Source of the DNA: a virus
IMG/VR virus record: IMGVR_UViG_3300017917_000400
Location: 32,001 to 96,000 of that record
Length of the DNA stretch: 64,000 nt
Direction: 5' to 3' (one strand)
Shown: positions 48,301 to 55,303 of the stretch, in pieces
Position numbering within the stretch: the stretch's first letter is position 1
How the letters are laid out: every line of letters starts with the position of its first letter
Program-made: the position numbers and the translations under genes
The notes under the pieces: model-generated
The model's database searches: none
Seen by the model: only the letters and a program-made list of their open reading frames with translations
Told to the model about the DNA's origin: nothing

Positions 48301-50454
48301 AAAATACTACGTCCTGCTGACACTGTTTATTTTGACGTTGTTGGCACAGTTAGAACTTACACAGTAAGCGTAGTTGACTATGCTATCAATACAATTGATG
48401 CTAACAAAGTTCGCGTATACAAAAACGGTATTGAATTAGCAATTTCAAAAGAATTTACTTGGAAATCTTCTAATAACCAATTAACTATTAAGCGCGGTGT
48501 TGCAGTTACTGGAGACAAAATTGCATTAGTTATTTTAGAAAATGCAGAATACTACATAGAAAAGGATTCAACAGGTGTACAACTTCGATTGTTGGATTCT
48601 TATTCTGTAAATGATAAGTTTGTAGTAACAACATTTACTAACCATGATATTTTAGATATTGAACGATCTAATGATTATATTAAATCAGAAAGTACAATCA
48701 CAGAAGGATCAGTTGATTACTACAGATTTAACCAGTTATTAGCGGGCCGCATAGAACTTAGAAACACCGCTATTGGTGCTGAATATGTATGGTTAACTCT
48801 TAATGGAGAATTGCTAACTCCGGAGATTGATTACATCTTAGAAGATAATTTAAACTATATTCAAATTGATAAAAATAGAACATTGTTGTCAACAGACGTA
48901 ATTGAATTAATAGTCTTTAGCAGTGACGTTACATTTAATAAACCATTTGGATATAAAATATTCAAAGATTTAATGAATAGAACTTTCTATAAGAGATTAG
49001 ATGCTAGTGCATCAACTGTACTAGCACAACCTTTAAATTACTATGACACATCTATCGCGTTGGAAGACGCAGGTAACTTACCAGTTCCATTACGCAGTCA
49101 AAATCAACCAGGCATCATATTCATCGATAGAGAGCGTATTGAATATCTTGAAAAAGATGGAAATACATTAAGATATCTAAGAAGAGGAACATTAGGAACC
49201 GGAATACCTACTACACACCCTGCAGGAACTGTAGTAACAGATTCTAGCGTTGGGCAAACAATTCCTTATAAGGACGAAACACAGACTGTGGTGTTAATTG
49301 CAGGTGGATATGATCAAGCATCTACAATATTTGAAAACAGTCTAGGCATGAGTGTAACTTCGTTAAAATATAATTTTAACAATAACACAGCGTTTCCGTT
49401 GGGTACACAAATTGCCACAGTTACAGGAACAGGCTTTAAAGAAAATGTACAAATACTTGTAGGAGATCCAACACTAACAATTAATTTTACCGCTACTGAA
49501 ATTAATTCTGCAGGAGAAATTATTGTAAGTTCAATTGACAGAATTTATGAAGGTAAGGAAATAGTATTTTCAGATACAGTATTTGGTGGCATTGAATTAG
49601 AAACATCTTACTATGTTCTAACTTACGGACAAGATCCAACTACAGAAGAATATTACATTACAGTCAGTGAAGAAATTAATGGAACTCCTGTTTCACTTTC
49701 TGTAAGCAGTGGATCTATGATAGGCACTCATAGTAGAGCAAAATGCAAGACAACATACATTAGTAGCACAGAGTTAACCTTTATAACTCAGGCTGAAGTA
49801 GTTGGTGCATACGACTTAATTGTACAGAATCCGTCATTTACAGTTGGACCAGTGACAGTAGCAGAAACTAGTTATGTAGCACCAGAAGCAGTGCGTTATG
49901 TTCAGATATTGCTGCCATTTGCACCACTTCCAAATCCAAGAACAGCCACTGGTTGGTATAAAAACACTTCAGAAATTAGTGTTTCAAATATTCAGCCAGG
50001 ACGAGGATATACTATTAGTTCTGTTGGCACATCAGACTTTATGAGTATTGGCGCAACATCTAACACTGTTGGTACAGAATTTATTGCTACAGCAGTAGGA
50101 TCCGGCACTGGCACTGTGCTAGATTATACAAGTATTCCTTTAGAGTATTGGGAAGGTATGGACATAGAGGTATTTGTTGCAGGCCGCAGATTACGCAAAG
50201 CGCCAATCACAGTTTGGGATGAAAGTTTAGGTCCAGATAGCCCAAGCGGTGACAAACAATTACAGGCAGAATTTGCTGTAAACAAAAACGTTGGTGCTTA
50301 TGTACGTTTAACAGAGCCCCCAATGAAGGGTTCCAAAGTTATAGTGCAAAAGAAAATAGGTCAAACATGGGTAGCAGAAGGGCAAAGCCTTGTAGATGCT
50401 CAAACAGACCAAGCAAAATTCGTTCGTGCAAAGAGTGCGGATTTGCCTCGATAA
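36370..50454 (+). CDS. Giant multidomain baseplate protein (4694 aa; gp7 position)
   Basis: N-terminal FLPRYFRT..NQKFL (gp7-like); cupredoxin-like, CBM-like, beta-propeller and G.GY...P.V.I repeats; VKPYRSKVR. Confidence 0.75.
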   Translation: MAFSKDQKEPSLPTSSTDTTRSAVNFLPRYFRTSTNQKFLNGTLDQLISVGNVDKINAYIGRKTNKAYSPTDNYVEEISLERSAYQLEPAILVKDSLDNVTFFSDYNDYINQLKYFNSSTTDHNKINSQESYSWDPHIDWDKFINYREYYWLPKGPQVIAIKGQSKNIISTYTVTLINDVDNIAYLFTPDGLTRNPSIKLYRGQTYKFEINCPGRPIAFKTVRDLDNAFIYDDGVTSDTPYVEDGTITFTIPDNAPDVLYYVSQNDINTSGFFKIYDIEENTFIDVEKEILGKKTYNIDGTLELSNGMKVNFIGNVTPEKYSTDNWYVEGVGDKIRLVAEDSLQTPLSFTLDKDIEFDTENFDTQGFDVNNNYPDKKDYITINRSSRDGNHWSRYNRWFHKSVIETSANYNDQPIDIDQTARAKRPIIEFKPDIQLWNFGTEAKKSVDLVDLFTKDIFSTIEGSLGYTIDGVFLLEGMRVLFAVDTDTTVNGRIFKIGFVTHLGVKRITLLEEDDTDPIDGQSVLIKDGDNFKGKMFHYSSGAWTESQDKTNVNVPPLFDVVDVNSVSYGDRTTYIGSSFIGTKLFSYQEGDTYDNELGLNISYSNIGNIGDILFDFNLQKDSFTFQGEVELIERNLDKGYLKINDSISSSRRLNGWIKTEFLTRQPIIRQYNVTANLLNLFPIDVYKKSGTLDDLEIKVFVNNKKRSDYEVYRQNSVAYIQFITDLSVNDVLIIETISSAEKVSTEGYYKFPSNLESNPQNLSLYNLTLGQISNHVKTIVDNVSSFEGSLPGTSNLRDLGDVSGYGTQVVQHSGPLAPIIYSFTNKNVNIVKSLRYAQDEYSKFKRNLIRTATTYGYDGITRTHLDLILKEVTKDTTIEAPFYLSDMVPFGINFVYEQEIIDDSFTDYPLTFDFNLDEASSKAVLVYVNDELLLHGRDYIFINTSFIKILSTIQTGDNLKIIQYEETAGCCVPPTPTKLGLYPLFEPKIFVDNTYQVPTKVIQGHDGSITVAFSNPGEPDEFRDQLLLELEMRIYNNIKIRYDAELFNLDSMIPGYFRNADISLSELNSTLRQEFLNWTGLINEDYTKHTFLDRNNPFTFNYKSFVDPSGEQLLGFWRGIYKYFYDTDRPHTHPWEMLGFSIKPTWWETTYGPAPYTKDNLLLWNDLAEGTIRIPGEFPRKNNLYARADLLKFIPVDGEGQLIDPLETGLVSEFISVFTEKEFTFGDHAPIETAWRRSSHYPFALITTLTLLRPAKMFALGFDRIRQYRDETGQIVYKTPTGNSRFNLSNLIFPSTVKDSTRVFASGLVNYLISYAVSKSFTIVDNFKSDLSSLQIKISSKLAGFTTKEKFKLILDSRSPLNQGNVFIPQENYDIILNSSTPVTTISYSGVIIEKSASGFILKGYNKTISEFKYNKPVETVSDPIISVGGISETYTEWQSSKYYAKGLIVKIDQNYFRVTTGHTSTTAFESKYFAKLPSLPVIGGREIILRRNFESEISSLHYGAELRTVQEVVDFLLGYGKYLTDAGFVFEYFNPALKTVTDWQTSAKEFTFWTTQNWAEGSVISLSPSAEELIYNKEYSIVDSIYDPFYEYSIFKQDGVELEPSFTNSIRENNNFSLRPKNTADGLYHATLNLVQKEHVLILDDVTIFNDIIYDQIQGYRQDRIKVVGYKISDWTGNFNIPGFVYDRAIVTEWKPWKDYALGETIKYKEFYYSARKNVSGAETFDDNEWYKLSDRPESKLIPNWDYRATQFEDFYDLDTDSFDVDQQKFAQHLIGYQKRQYLENIINDDVSQYKFYQGMIQEKGTQNSLSKLFDALNSADQDSLEFFEEWAIRLGQYGASGGFEEVEYVLNEEKFLINPQPIELVNQIPFGVNDFVYRITPDQVYLKPDDYLHAPFPTVSSQNEYIRTAGYVNYEDVDYIISSKDEFADYNIKDLVEGQYFWLGFDRSSWNVYRFTNFAKSIKRVEETDNFRIVLNFKLPLDIVIGSYVGINNTNTSVEGIKQVIDVGLDWFEITMPADIDTAAIIEINTALNINLFKFTSQRLSSINDLNSLPISGKKNNELVWTDGTNNNWSVWKFKKTYTSSEISNEENYFSKVVAVSDNETVLAASASNTVIYYTRPTTNFGWALQDVLAPLSTETFVDTNGSFGESLCFNADGSYLFVGAPRYGITSVPGVLPTDPPIITEVNIGYVAQYTKNIYGNYEFTRVIQNATPTQFQEFGSKIQVNGNTLYIVSAGGVALDGSTLIPASLTAYSLISNTVLASLTFTPGISVTDFNVSQNNTIVISKDDESVSVIRLSSSTFVTVSEINLSDFVSIEQIETGSNFATSAAISKDGNYVAIGIPGYSKLASNQGAVALFKLSGATYLADDLITSPLNQDSEKFGYRIRFNAGSDRLVVYSFGGSQTVETVIDSGETTFDLNVTKFIEVEEFTGSIRVYEKYDTKFLIGDELEPQSILGNNYGDAFVVVNSVYVNDQTITNGAFYEFKGLDKSWTKYRSPEPSVDLSKIKSLFLYNTRTNSVVANLDFIDPINGKILGIAEQELSYKTYYDPAVYNVGTETVVVDSLTSWTNRNVGKLWWDLNTVKFANPLQGSVVYKANTWNTVYNESTVDIYEWVETEYLPAEWDSLADTETGLALGISGQSKYGNLAYSLTQRYDNVSKTFRNIYYFWVKNKVTVPDVSFRKTSANDVANLIANPKGQGIQYITLLGANQLALVNCKDLIVGKDVALNVRYWTISNTEQNIHAHYQLLAEGNTNKKLNKYVEQKWFDSLVGYDINGGEVPDPRLPAKLKYGILNKPRQGMFINRLEALKQFIERVNSVLITRSIIDDLNLSKLNSKEDPPSEISGKYDIAIDTQSQIRFVGSTGFQQASVSPVVEAGKIVRVIVTSAGRGYKLPPEITIVGTGSGAKLTAVINSIGEITSVTVNNSGQDYLDTTVLSVRPFTILVNSDETAANKWSLYIWNTATSSWFRSKTQTYDVTKHWNYVDWYADGYTAFTKIDYQVDFSYEMSFIDIAIGDLIKIKNEKSGGWILLEKINNLSTDNVSLNYKTVGRQSGTIQFNSNLYKFTNSNIGFDSFTYDSDVYDDEPKEELRIILDVIKNNILVDDLEIEYNKLFFASLRYVFSEQTFVDWAFKTSFVKSQHNLGTLQQKVNYKNDNLASYEEYINEVKPYRSKVREFISNYNAIDNTNTGVTDFDLSAKYNIEEGKILPFDVKVRNDAIVYSDSSILSEPYSDWLDNVGHSVTEIIVTNGGSGYQAPPSVEIIGNCKLQATAQAYISSGSVTRIIVKNLGQGYITTPSVVITGSTGTTGTTATAYAVLGNSLSRTNTIGVKFDRTIPEYKISSITVSQTFNGTGSRTLFELTWPIDVRTNKTSVIVSNEELLSTDFTVYNKKDTSKGYTRYIGVLELDTAAEIGTANVVITYTKDINLLSAADRIQYYYNPKTGQLGKDLGQLMQGVDYGGVEVTGLGFEIGSGWDGLPWFTSGWDDFDEAYTDNLFVSDGTSRSFSLPYIPEDGELITVYLNGVRIDDPNYDEYTAAEEAYNTSAAELATLTAERDLLQTQTDAKQDELDGLTQDLIDTQAVIADLEAQLAVTPPSNPLYFTLQTLLAENEAQEAELIDDINTVNGELLDLQADLAAKQIQVTAKTTEVADNLATLNSAPEIVNEDAQMNTFVGDGSTDIPIVIPAYVDLNEGDTIILRKSTSDGSFRPNRQFFDSEITGGDFTYTSARGIRAEEIIIDGDNFVTPTTNYAPEEVVTGQVVDSVAITVFHTVEDGAPVIVTRHYITTEPENEFLIGQRPNSTQAAFVKVDGLIKKQDVDYTLNFAQSKIVFLTNLPINSEVVVTSMSKNGLNVLDSDTFIGDGVTTEFVTVARWAGDYSVLVSVNGNSATVTTFVTDETYAEVGNIGIRFSTAPANTAIIDYTVLSSLIDTVSRVSAETVIYDGTSQVYELNNLPANLEPFDNNVIVEHQGKILRPADTVYFDVVGTVRTYTVSVVDYAINTIDANKVRVYKNGIELAISKEFTWKSSNNQLTIKRGVAVTGDKIALVILENAEYYIEKDSTGVQLRLLDSYSVNDKFVVTTFTNHDILDIERSNDYIKSESTITEGSVDYYRFNQLLAGRIELRNTAIGAEYVWLTLNGELLTPEIDYILEDNLNYIQIDKNRTLLSTDVIELIVFSSDVTFNKPFGYKIFKDLMNRTFYKRLDASASTVLAQPLNYYDTSIALEDAGNLPVPLRSQNQPGIIFIDRERIEYLEKDGNTLRYLRRGTLGTGIPTTHPAGTVVTDSSVGQTIPYKDETQTVVLIAGGYDQASTIFENSLGMSVTSLKYNFNNNTAFPLGTQIATVTGTGFKENVQILVGDPTLTINFTATEINSAGEIIVSSIDRIYEGKEIVFSDTVFGGIELETSYYVLTYGQDPTTEEYYITVSEEINGTPVSLSVSSGSMIGTHSRAKCKTTYISSTELTFITQAEVVGAYDLIVQNPSFTVGPVTVAETSYVAPEAVRYVQILLPFAPLPNPRTATGWYKNTSEISVSNIQPGRGYTISSVGTSDFMSIGATSNTVGTEFIATAVGSGTGTVLDYTSIPLEYWEGMDIEVFVAGRRLRKAPITVWDESLGPDSPSGDKQLQAEFAVNKNVGAYVRLTEPPMKGSKVIVQKKIGQTWVAEGQSLVDAQTDQAKFVRAKSADLPR

Positions 50455-50478
50455 ATATAGAATACAGGTGACTTTAAT

Positions 50479-51093
50479 ATGACAAACAATCCAAAAGAAA
50501 ATTCAGGTTTTTTAGTACAAGGGCATATCAAAATACATGATCCTAGCACTAAAGAAGTGTTTATTGATAAGAAAAATGCTATTCATTATGAAAATATGAG
50601 TATAGCAATGGCTGAAAGTTTAGCCAATGCTGGCCAAGGATTCATATATGAGATGGTATTTGGTAACGGCGGTACATCAGTAGATCCCACAGGAGTTATT
50701 ACATATCTAACTCCTAATAGTACAGGATCTAATGCTAGTTTATATAACGAAACATATACTAAGGTAGTTGATGATCGTAGTACTAATAACTTAGATCCTA
50801 CGAGAAATAAGATTGAAACACGTCATGTTACTGGTACAAACTATACAGATATTTTAATTACTTGTTTATTAGATTACGGTGAACCTTCAGATCAAGATGC
50901 ATTTGATAATGCAACATATACAGATGGTGAATATGTGTTTGATGAGCTAGGTTTGCGAAGTTACAGTCCTACTGGTACAGGCAGATTGCTAACTCATGTT
51001 ATTTTTCACCCAGTACAAAAGAGTCTAAACAGATTAATTCAAATTGATTATACTGTTCGTGTACAGAGTTTAACTGGTTTTAACGAGGCTTAA
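50479..51093 (+). CDS. Baseplate/fibre-attachment protein
   Basis: GHIKIHD...KNAIH; FGNGG; FDELGL; LLTHVIFHPVQKSLNRLIQIDYTVR; TAAATA at 50452-50457. Confidence 0.65.
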   Translation: MTNNPKENSGFLVQGHIKIHDPSTKEVFIDKKNAIHYENMSIAMAESLANAGQGFIYEMVFGNGGTSVDPTGVITYLTPNSTGSNASLYNETYTKVVDDRSTNNLDPTRNKIETRHVTGTNYTDILITCLLDYGEPSDQDAFDNATYTDGEYVFDELGLRSYSPTGTGRLLTHVIFHPVQKSLNRLIQIDYTVRVQSLTGFNEA

Positions 51094-51095
51094 TC

Positions 51096-53405
51096 ATGGC
51101 ATACCAAGTAAGATATACAGATTCAACTAATTTAGATAAACCAGCACTGACGGTTGAAGACAATACTATTAATAATTCAACTAGTCTTCAATTTCCAGGA
51201 AGAAACGTTACCGGTTACGGAACAATTATCGCTGAAAACTTTTTACATTTACTTGAGCATTTTGCTAACGACAGTTCTCCTGAAAACCCAGTCGAAGGAC
51301 AGTTATGGTATGACAACACACCAGGTGTTAATCAATTAAAAGTTTATGACGGCACATCATGGTCTAGCGCAGGCGGACTAAAGAAGGGCAACTCTGAACC
51401 AGAATTAGCAACAAGTTTGCCTGGTGATTTATGGGTTAATACTGATACACAGCAATTATATTTGTATACAGGTTCAGGTTGGATCTTAGTTGGTCCAAGA
51501 TTTAGTACAGGTGCTCGTACAGGAGCAGAACCTGAATTTATTGAAGATACATTAAGTAATCTTCAACCAGTAGTTAGTAACTATGTTAATGGTGAACGTG
51601 TTTGCATAGTAGCCAGCGAAACATTTACTCCTAAAACTCTAATAACAGGGTTCCAAACAATCAAAGCAGGTGTTACTTTAAACTCTAATTATAATACCTA
51701 TTGGGGGACAGCAGAAAAAGCCGCTGCCTTATTAGTAGGAACTACAACTGTATCTGCTAGTAACTTTTTAAGAAGCGACGCTACTAGTAATACAAACTTC
51801 CCAATTAATGTGCGAACCTCCCAAGGTGTTGCAATTGGTGAAGATACACAATTAAATTTAAGCATTGACGGTACTGCTGGTGTAATTTTCCACAAGACAT
51901 CGGGTAGTAATTTAGATATTCGTATGAATAACAACGGTTCGATACGAACAGTTGTTCGTATTGATAGTTCAGAACGTGTTGGTATTAATAATATTAATCC
52001 GCAGACAGATTTAGACGTTGGTGGAGGCATCAATGCATCTGGAGATATCTCTGCAGATGGTAATGCTGCCTTCGGTGGCGACCTAACAGTAGACGGAACA
52101 GTCAATATTTCAGGAGATGTATCATTCGGTACAGATAATACTAATACAGTAACAGTTGCGGGTGTTATTTTACCAGACGTTAACTTAGGTGCAGACATTG
52201 GCACAGTAGATAAAAAATTCCAAAGAATTTGGAGTTCAAGATTTGACGGTGATTTTTATGGAAACGTTTTTGGTTCATTGACAGGTAATGCCAGCGGATC
52301 TTCAACTAAACTAGCATCACCTACTATCTTTGACTTAGACGGTGATATTACCAGTAATGAAGTTGAATTTGACGGACAAACTGGTACACCTACATTAAAC
52401 ACATTGACGGCTTCGGGTAACGGTGTTGAAGCAACATTAACATTTACAGCGCAAACTGTTGCTCCTTACCCAACAGGATCACAAATTGTTGTTAGTGGTA
52501 TTGCTCCAACAGGATATCGCGGAACTTATACAGTTACAGATGGTGGCCTAAGTTATGTAAAATTTGCCAGCACACAAACCGGATCACAAACTACAGTTGG
52601 TGCAATTTCTAGATTTGGTCTAAGTGGTAATAGAAAACGTTTCTTTACACAATTAAGCGAAACCTTTATTGCAGATAAACCTGAAATTACAACTATTGCA
52701 GAAGGTGATACATTTGTTGTACAACGTGGGGCAGAAGGTCTAAAGAAGATTACCAAGCAAAGTCTATGGACAGCAATTCCAGTTACACCCACAGGTGTTG
52801 TATTACCGTTTGCAGGACTAACAGCACCAACTGGATGGTTGTTCTGCGATGGCTCAGAAGTATTAGTTTCAGATTATCCAGAATTATTTGATATTATTGG
52901 TTATCAGTTCGGTGATATTACCACATTGTTGGGATTAGGTACATTTAAACTTCCTGATATGAGAGGTAGAATGGCACTGGCTATGGATAGTATGAACAAT
53001 GGTGTAACTGTTCCTAGTAAGTTAGACCCAACACAACAAATTTCTACAGGCGGAGGCTCTGCAAATAGAGTCACAGACGCTGCCGCAGATATTGTTGGCC
53101 AAGGTGCTGGAGTTGAAAAGAAACTCATTGCTTCGGATGAAATTCCAGATCACGTACACAATATGCAAGGTAACGATGACAATCAATATTATGCTTTTAG
53201 AAACGTACCTGGAGATCCTTCAGACACTAACGCAATCAGCGGAGAAGGGTCAACTGTAACAGCAAGAGGACAATACATGTCGGATTCGGGAAGAATTTTT
53301 GGTTATCCAAGAACCCCGGGCGGCGATTCTATACAGTCTCAATTCAATGTTATGAACCCTTACTTAACATTGAACTATATTATTAACACTGGAAAACTTT
53401 CATAA
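51096..53405 (+). CDS. Short tail fibre with phage tail collar domain
   Basis: PTGVVLPFAGLTAPTGWLFCDG; F.LPDMRGR; PDHVH; NVMNPYLTLNYIIN. Confidence 0.85.
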   Translation: MAYQVRYTDSTNLDKPALTVEDNTINNSTSLQFPGRNVTGYGTIIAENFLHLLEHFANDSSPENPVEGQLWYDNTPGVNQLKVYDGTSWSSAGGLKKGNSEPELATSLPGDLWVNTDTQQLYLYTGSGWILVGPRFSTGARTGAEPEFIEDTLSNLQPVVSNYVNGERVCIVASETFTPKTLITGFQTIKAGVTLNSNYNTYWGTAEKAAALLVGTTTVSASNFLRSDATSNTNFPINVRTSQGVAIGEDTQLNLSIDGTAGVIFHKTSGSNLDIRMNNNGSIRTVVRIDSSERVGINNINPQTDLDVGGGINASGDISADGNAAFGGDLTVDGTVNISGDVSFGTDNTNTVTVAGVILPDVNLGADIGTVDKKFQRIWSSRFDGDFYGNVFGSLTGNASGSSTKLASPTIFDLDGDITSNEVEFDGQTGTPTLNTLTASGNGVEATLTFTAQTVAPYPTGSQIVVSGIAPTGYRGTYTVTDGGLSYVKFASTQTGSQTTVGAISRFGLSGNRKRFFTQLSETFIADKPEITTIAEGDTFVVQRGAEGLKKITKQSLWTAIPVTPTGVVLPFAGLTAPTGWLFCDGSEVLVSDYPELFDIIGYQFGDITTLLGLGTFKLPDMRGRMALAMDSMNNGVTVPSKLDPTQQISTGGGSANRVTDAAADIVGQGAGVEKKLIASDEIPDHVHNMQGNDDNQYYAFRNVPGDPSDTNAISGEGSTVTARGQYMSDSGRIFGYPRTPGGDSIQSQFNVMNPYLTLNYIINTGKLS

Positions 53406-55258
53406 TGACCTACCGAATTAATAAAACCGATGGAAATCAATTAGTTGATTTACCAGACGGCACCTTTGATACAAATACAACGTCCCTAACATTAATTGGG
53501 CGAAATGTAACGTCATTTGGCGAAGCGTTAAATGAAAATTTTATTAAATTATTAGAAAACTTTGCCAGTACTAGCGCACCAGAGTCGGCACTAAAGGGAC
53601 AACTATGGTATGATGCAAGTAGCGGACGTTTAAATGTCTACGACGGAACAAACTTTAGAGCAGCCGGCGGCCCAGTAATAAGCAGTAGAGAACCATCAAA
53701 CTTAGTTGCTGGTGACCTATGGATGAATAGTGAAACAAATCAATTATGGTTTTATGATGGTACAGATTTAACCCTTGCAGGTCCTATATATAATAATATT
53801 CAAGGTACTACGGGGTTTGTGGTAGAAACAGTATTAGATAATTTTAATAGAGGACATACTGTAGCAAAGTTATATGTTGCTAGTACTTTATTAGGATTAT
53901 TCAGCAAAGATGAATTTACTCCAGCACAGCCTATTGTTGGTTATGCAGAGGATATTAAACTTATCAAAGTCGGATTTAATGTAGGATCTTTAACTAATGT
54001 AAAGTTTGATGTTATTGTTACTCGAGCAGAAAATATTTTAACATCAACTGGTGATTTAAAATCTGCAGAACAAATTGTTTACAATGACGGTGATCAAGTT
54101 ATTTTTGGATCTTTAACAATACAATCAGACGACGGTTTAATTATTGGTTCGTCAGAAGACGTTGATTTAAAAATCGTCAGCGGAAAATTTGTAATAGAAC
54201 ATAAATTAACAAATCAAGATATTGGAATTAAGATCAAATCTCCAACCGGCACGCAAGAGGCTGTTACAATAGATGCTATTAATTCTAGAGTTGGAATTTT
54301 TAAAGAAGTACCAGAACAAACTTTAGATGTAAATGGTAATGTTAAAATTGCGGGCGATTTATATGTGGGCGGCGAAACAGTAACATTACAAACAACAACT
54401 TTAGAAGTAGAAGATAAAAATATTGTTCTTGGTAAAACATTGTCAATTCCTACAGATGCAGCCGCAGATGGTGGGGGCATTACTCTTAAAGGTACAACTG
54501 ATAAAACAATCGTTTATGATGATGCCGGCACTAATTGGAATTCAAATATTAATTTCAATTTAGCATCAGGTAATACTTATAAAATTAATAATGTTGATGT
54601 ACTAAGCAATAATACATTAGGTGCCGGCGTTATAAATTCTAGTTTACAGGTATTGGGTGCATTACAAAGTCTTAATGTTGATAATTTAACCTATATCAAC
54701 AATACAACTATAAGCACTTCTGCAAATAATTTAATTTTAAGTCCAAATTTAAACATTGATGTTAGCGCAAAACGTATCACTAACATGGCAGATGCTATAG
54801 ATGAACAAGATGCTACTACTAAAAATTACGTTGATGCTCGAGTATTTGATCGAGGAATTGCACTTAGTATGGATATTACTGGTTTGTCTAATAATCAGAT
54901 AGCCGCAATTTTAGACAATATTGCTCCTTTCTATGATCCAGTATTGGCCCCAGAGGGAATGGCCATTGACGGAACAAGATGCAGAGTACATGGAACTACA
55001 TTATCTGTATCAGTAGGCGATATTACTTATAGTCCAGATGTGGGAGTTGAATATTCGACAGTAATGGTAGATAAAAATGGAACAGAAAATGAGTCGGTCG
55101 TTAAGAGTCTTGCTTTGGGACAAACAATCGCTGGACCTAGTGCGATTATTAATGTACTAAGACAGGATAAATTGTTTGTTATGGGCGGCGGATTAAGCCC
55201 AACATCAGGACAATGGGGATTTGAGAGCGATATCAATGCACCTTATACTACACCGTAA
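53405..55258 (+). CDS. Tail fibre-like protein (N-terminus paralogous to its neighbours)
   Basis: ENFIKLLENFAS...GQLWYD; GDLW; DATTKNYVD. Confidence 0.75.
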   Translation: MTYRINKTDGNQLVDLPDGTFDTNTTSLTLIGRNVTSFGEALNENFIKLLENFASTSAPESALKGQLWYDASSGRLNVYDGTNFRAAGGPVISSREPSNLVAGDLWMNSETNQLWFYDGTDLTLAGPIYNNIQGTTGFVVETVLDNFNRGHTVAKLYVASTLLGLFSKDEFTPAQPIVGYAEDIKLIKVGFNVGSLTNVKFDVIVTRAENILTSTGDLKSAEQIVYNDGDQVIFGSLTIQSDDGLIIGSSEDVDLKIVSGKFVIEHKLTNQDIGIKIKSPTGTQEAVTIDAINSRVGIFKEVPEQTLDVNGNVKIAGDLYVGGETVTLQTTTLEVEDKNIVLGKTLSIPTDAAADGGGITLKGTTDKTIVYDDAGTNWNSNINFNLASGNTYKINNVDVLSNNTLGAGVINSSLQVLGALQSLNVDNLTYINNTTISTSANNLILSPNLNIDVSAKRITNMADAIDEQDATTKNYVDARVFDRGIALSMDITGLSNNQIAAILDNIAPFYDPVLAPEGMAIDGTRCRVHGTTLSVSVGDITYSPDVGVEYSTVMVDKNGTENESVVKSLALGQTIAGPSAIINVLRQDKLFVMGGGLSPTSGQWGFESDINAPYTTP

Positions 55259-55303
55259 AGACAGGGTGGGTTCGATAAATAACATATATTAGGGGTTATA
55301 AGA

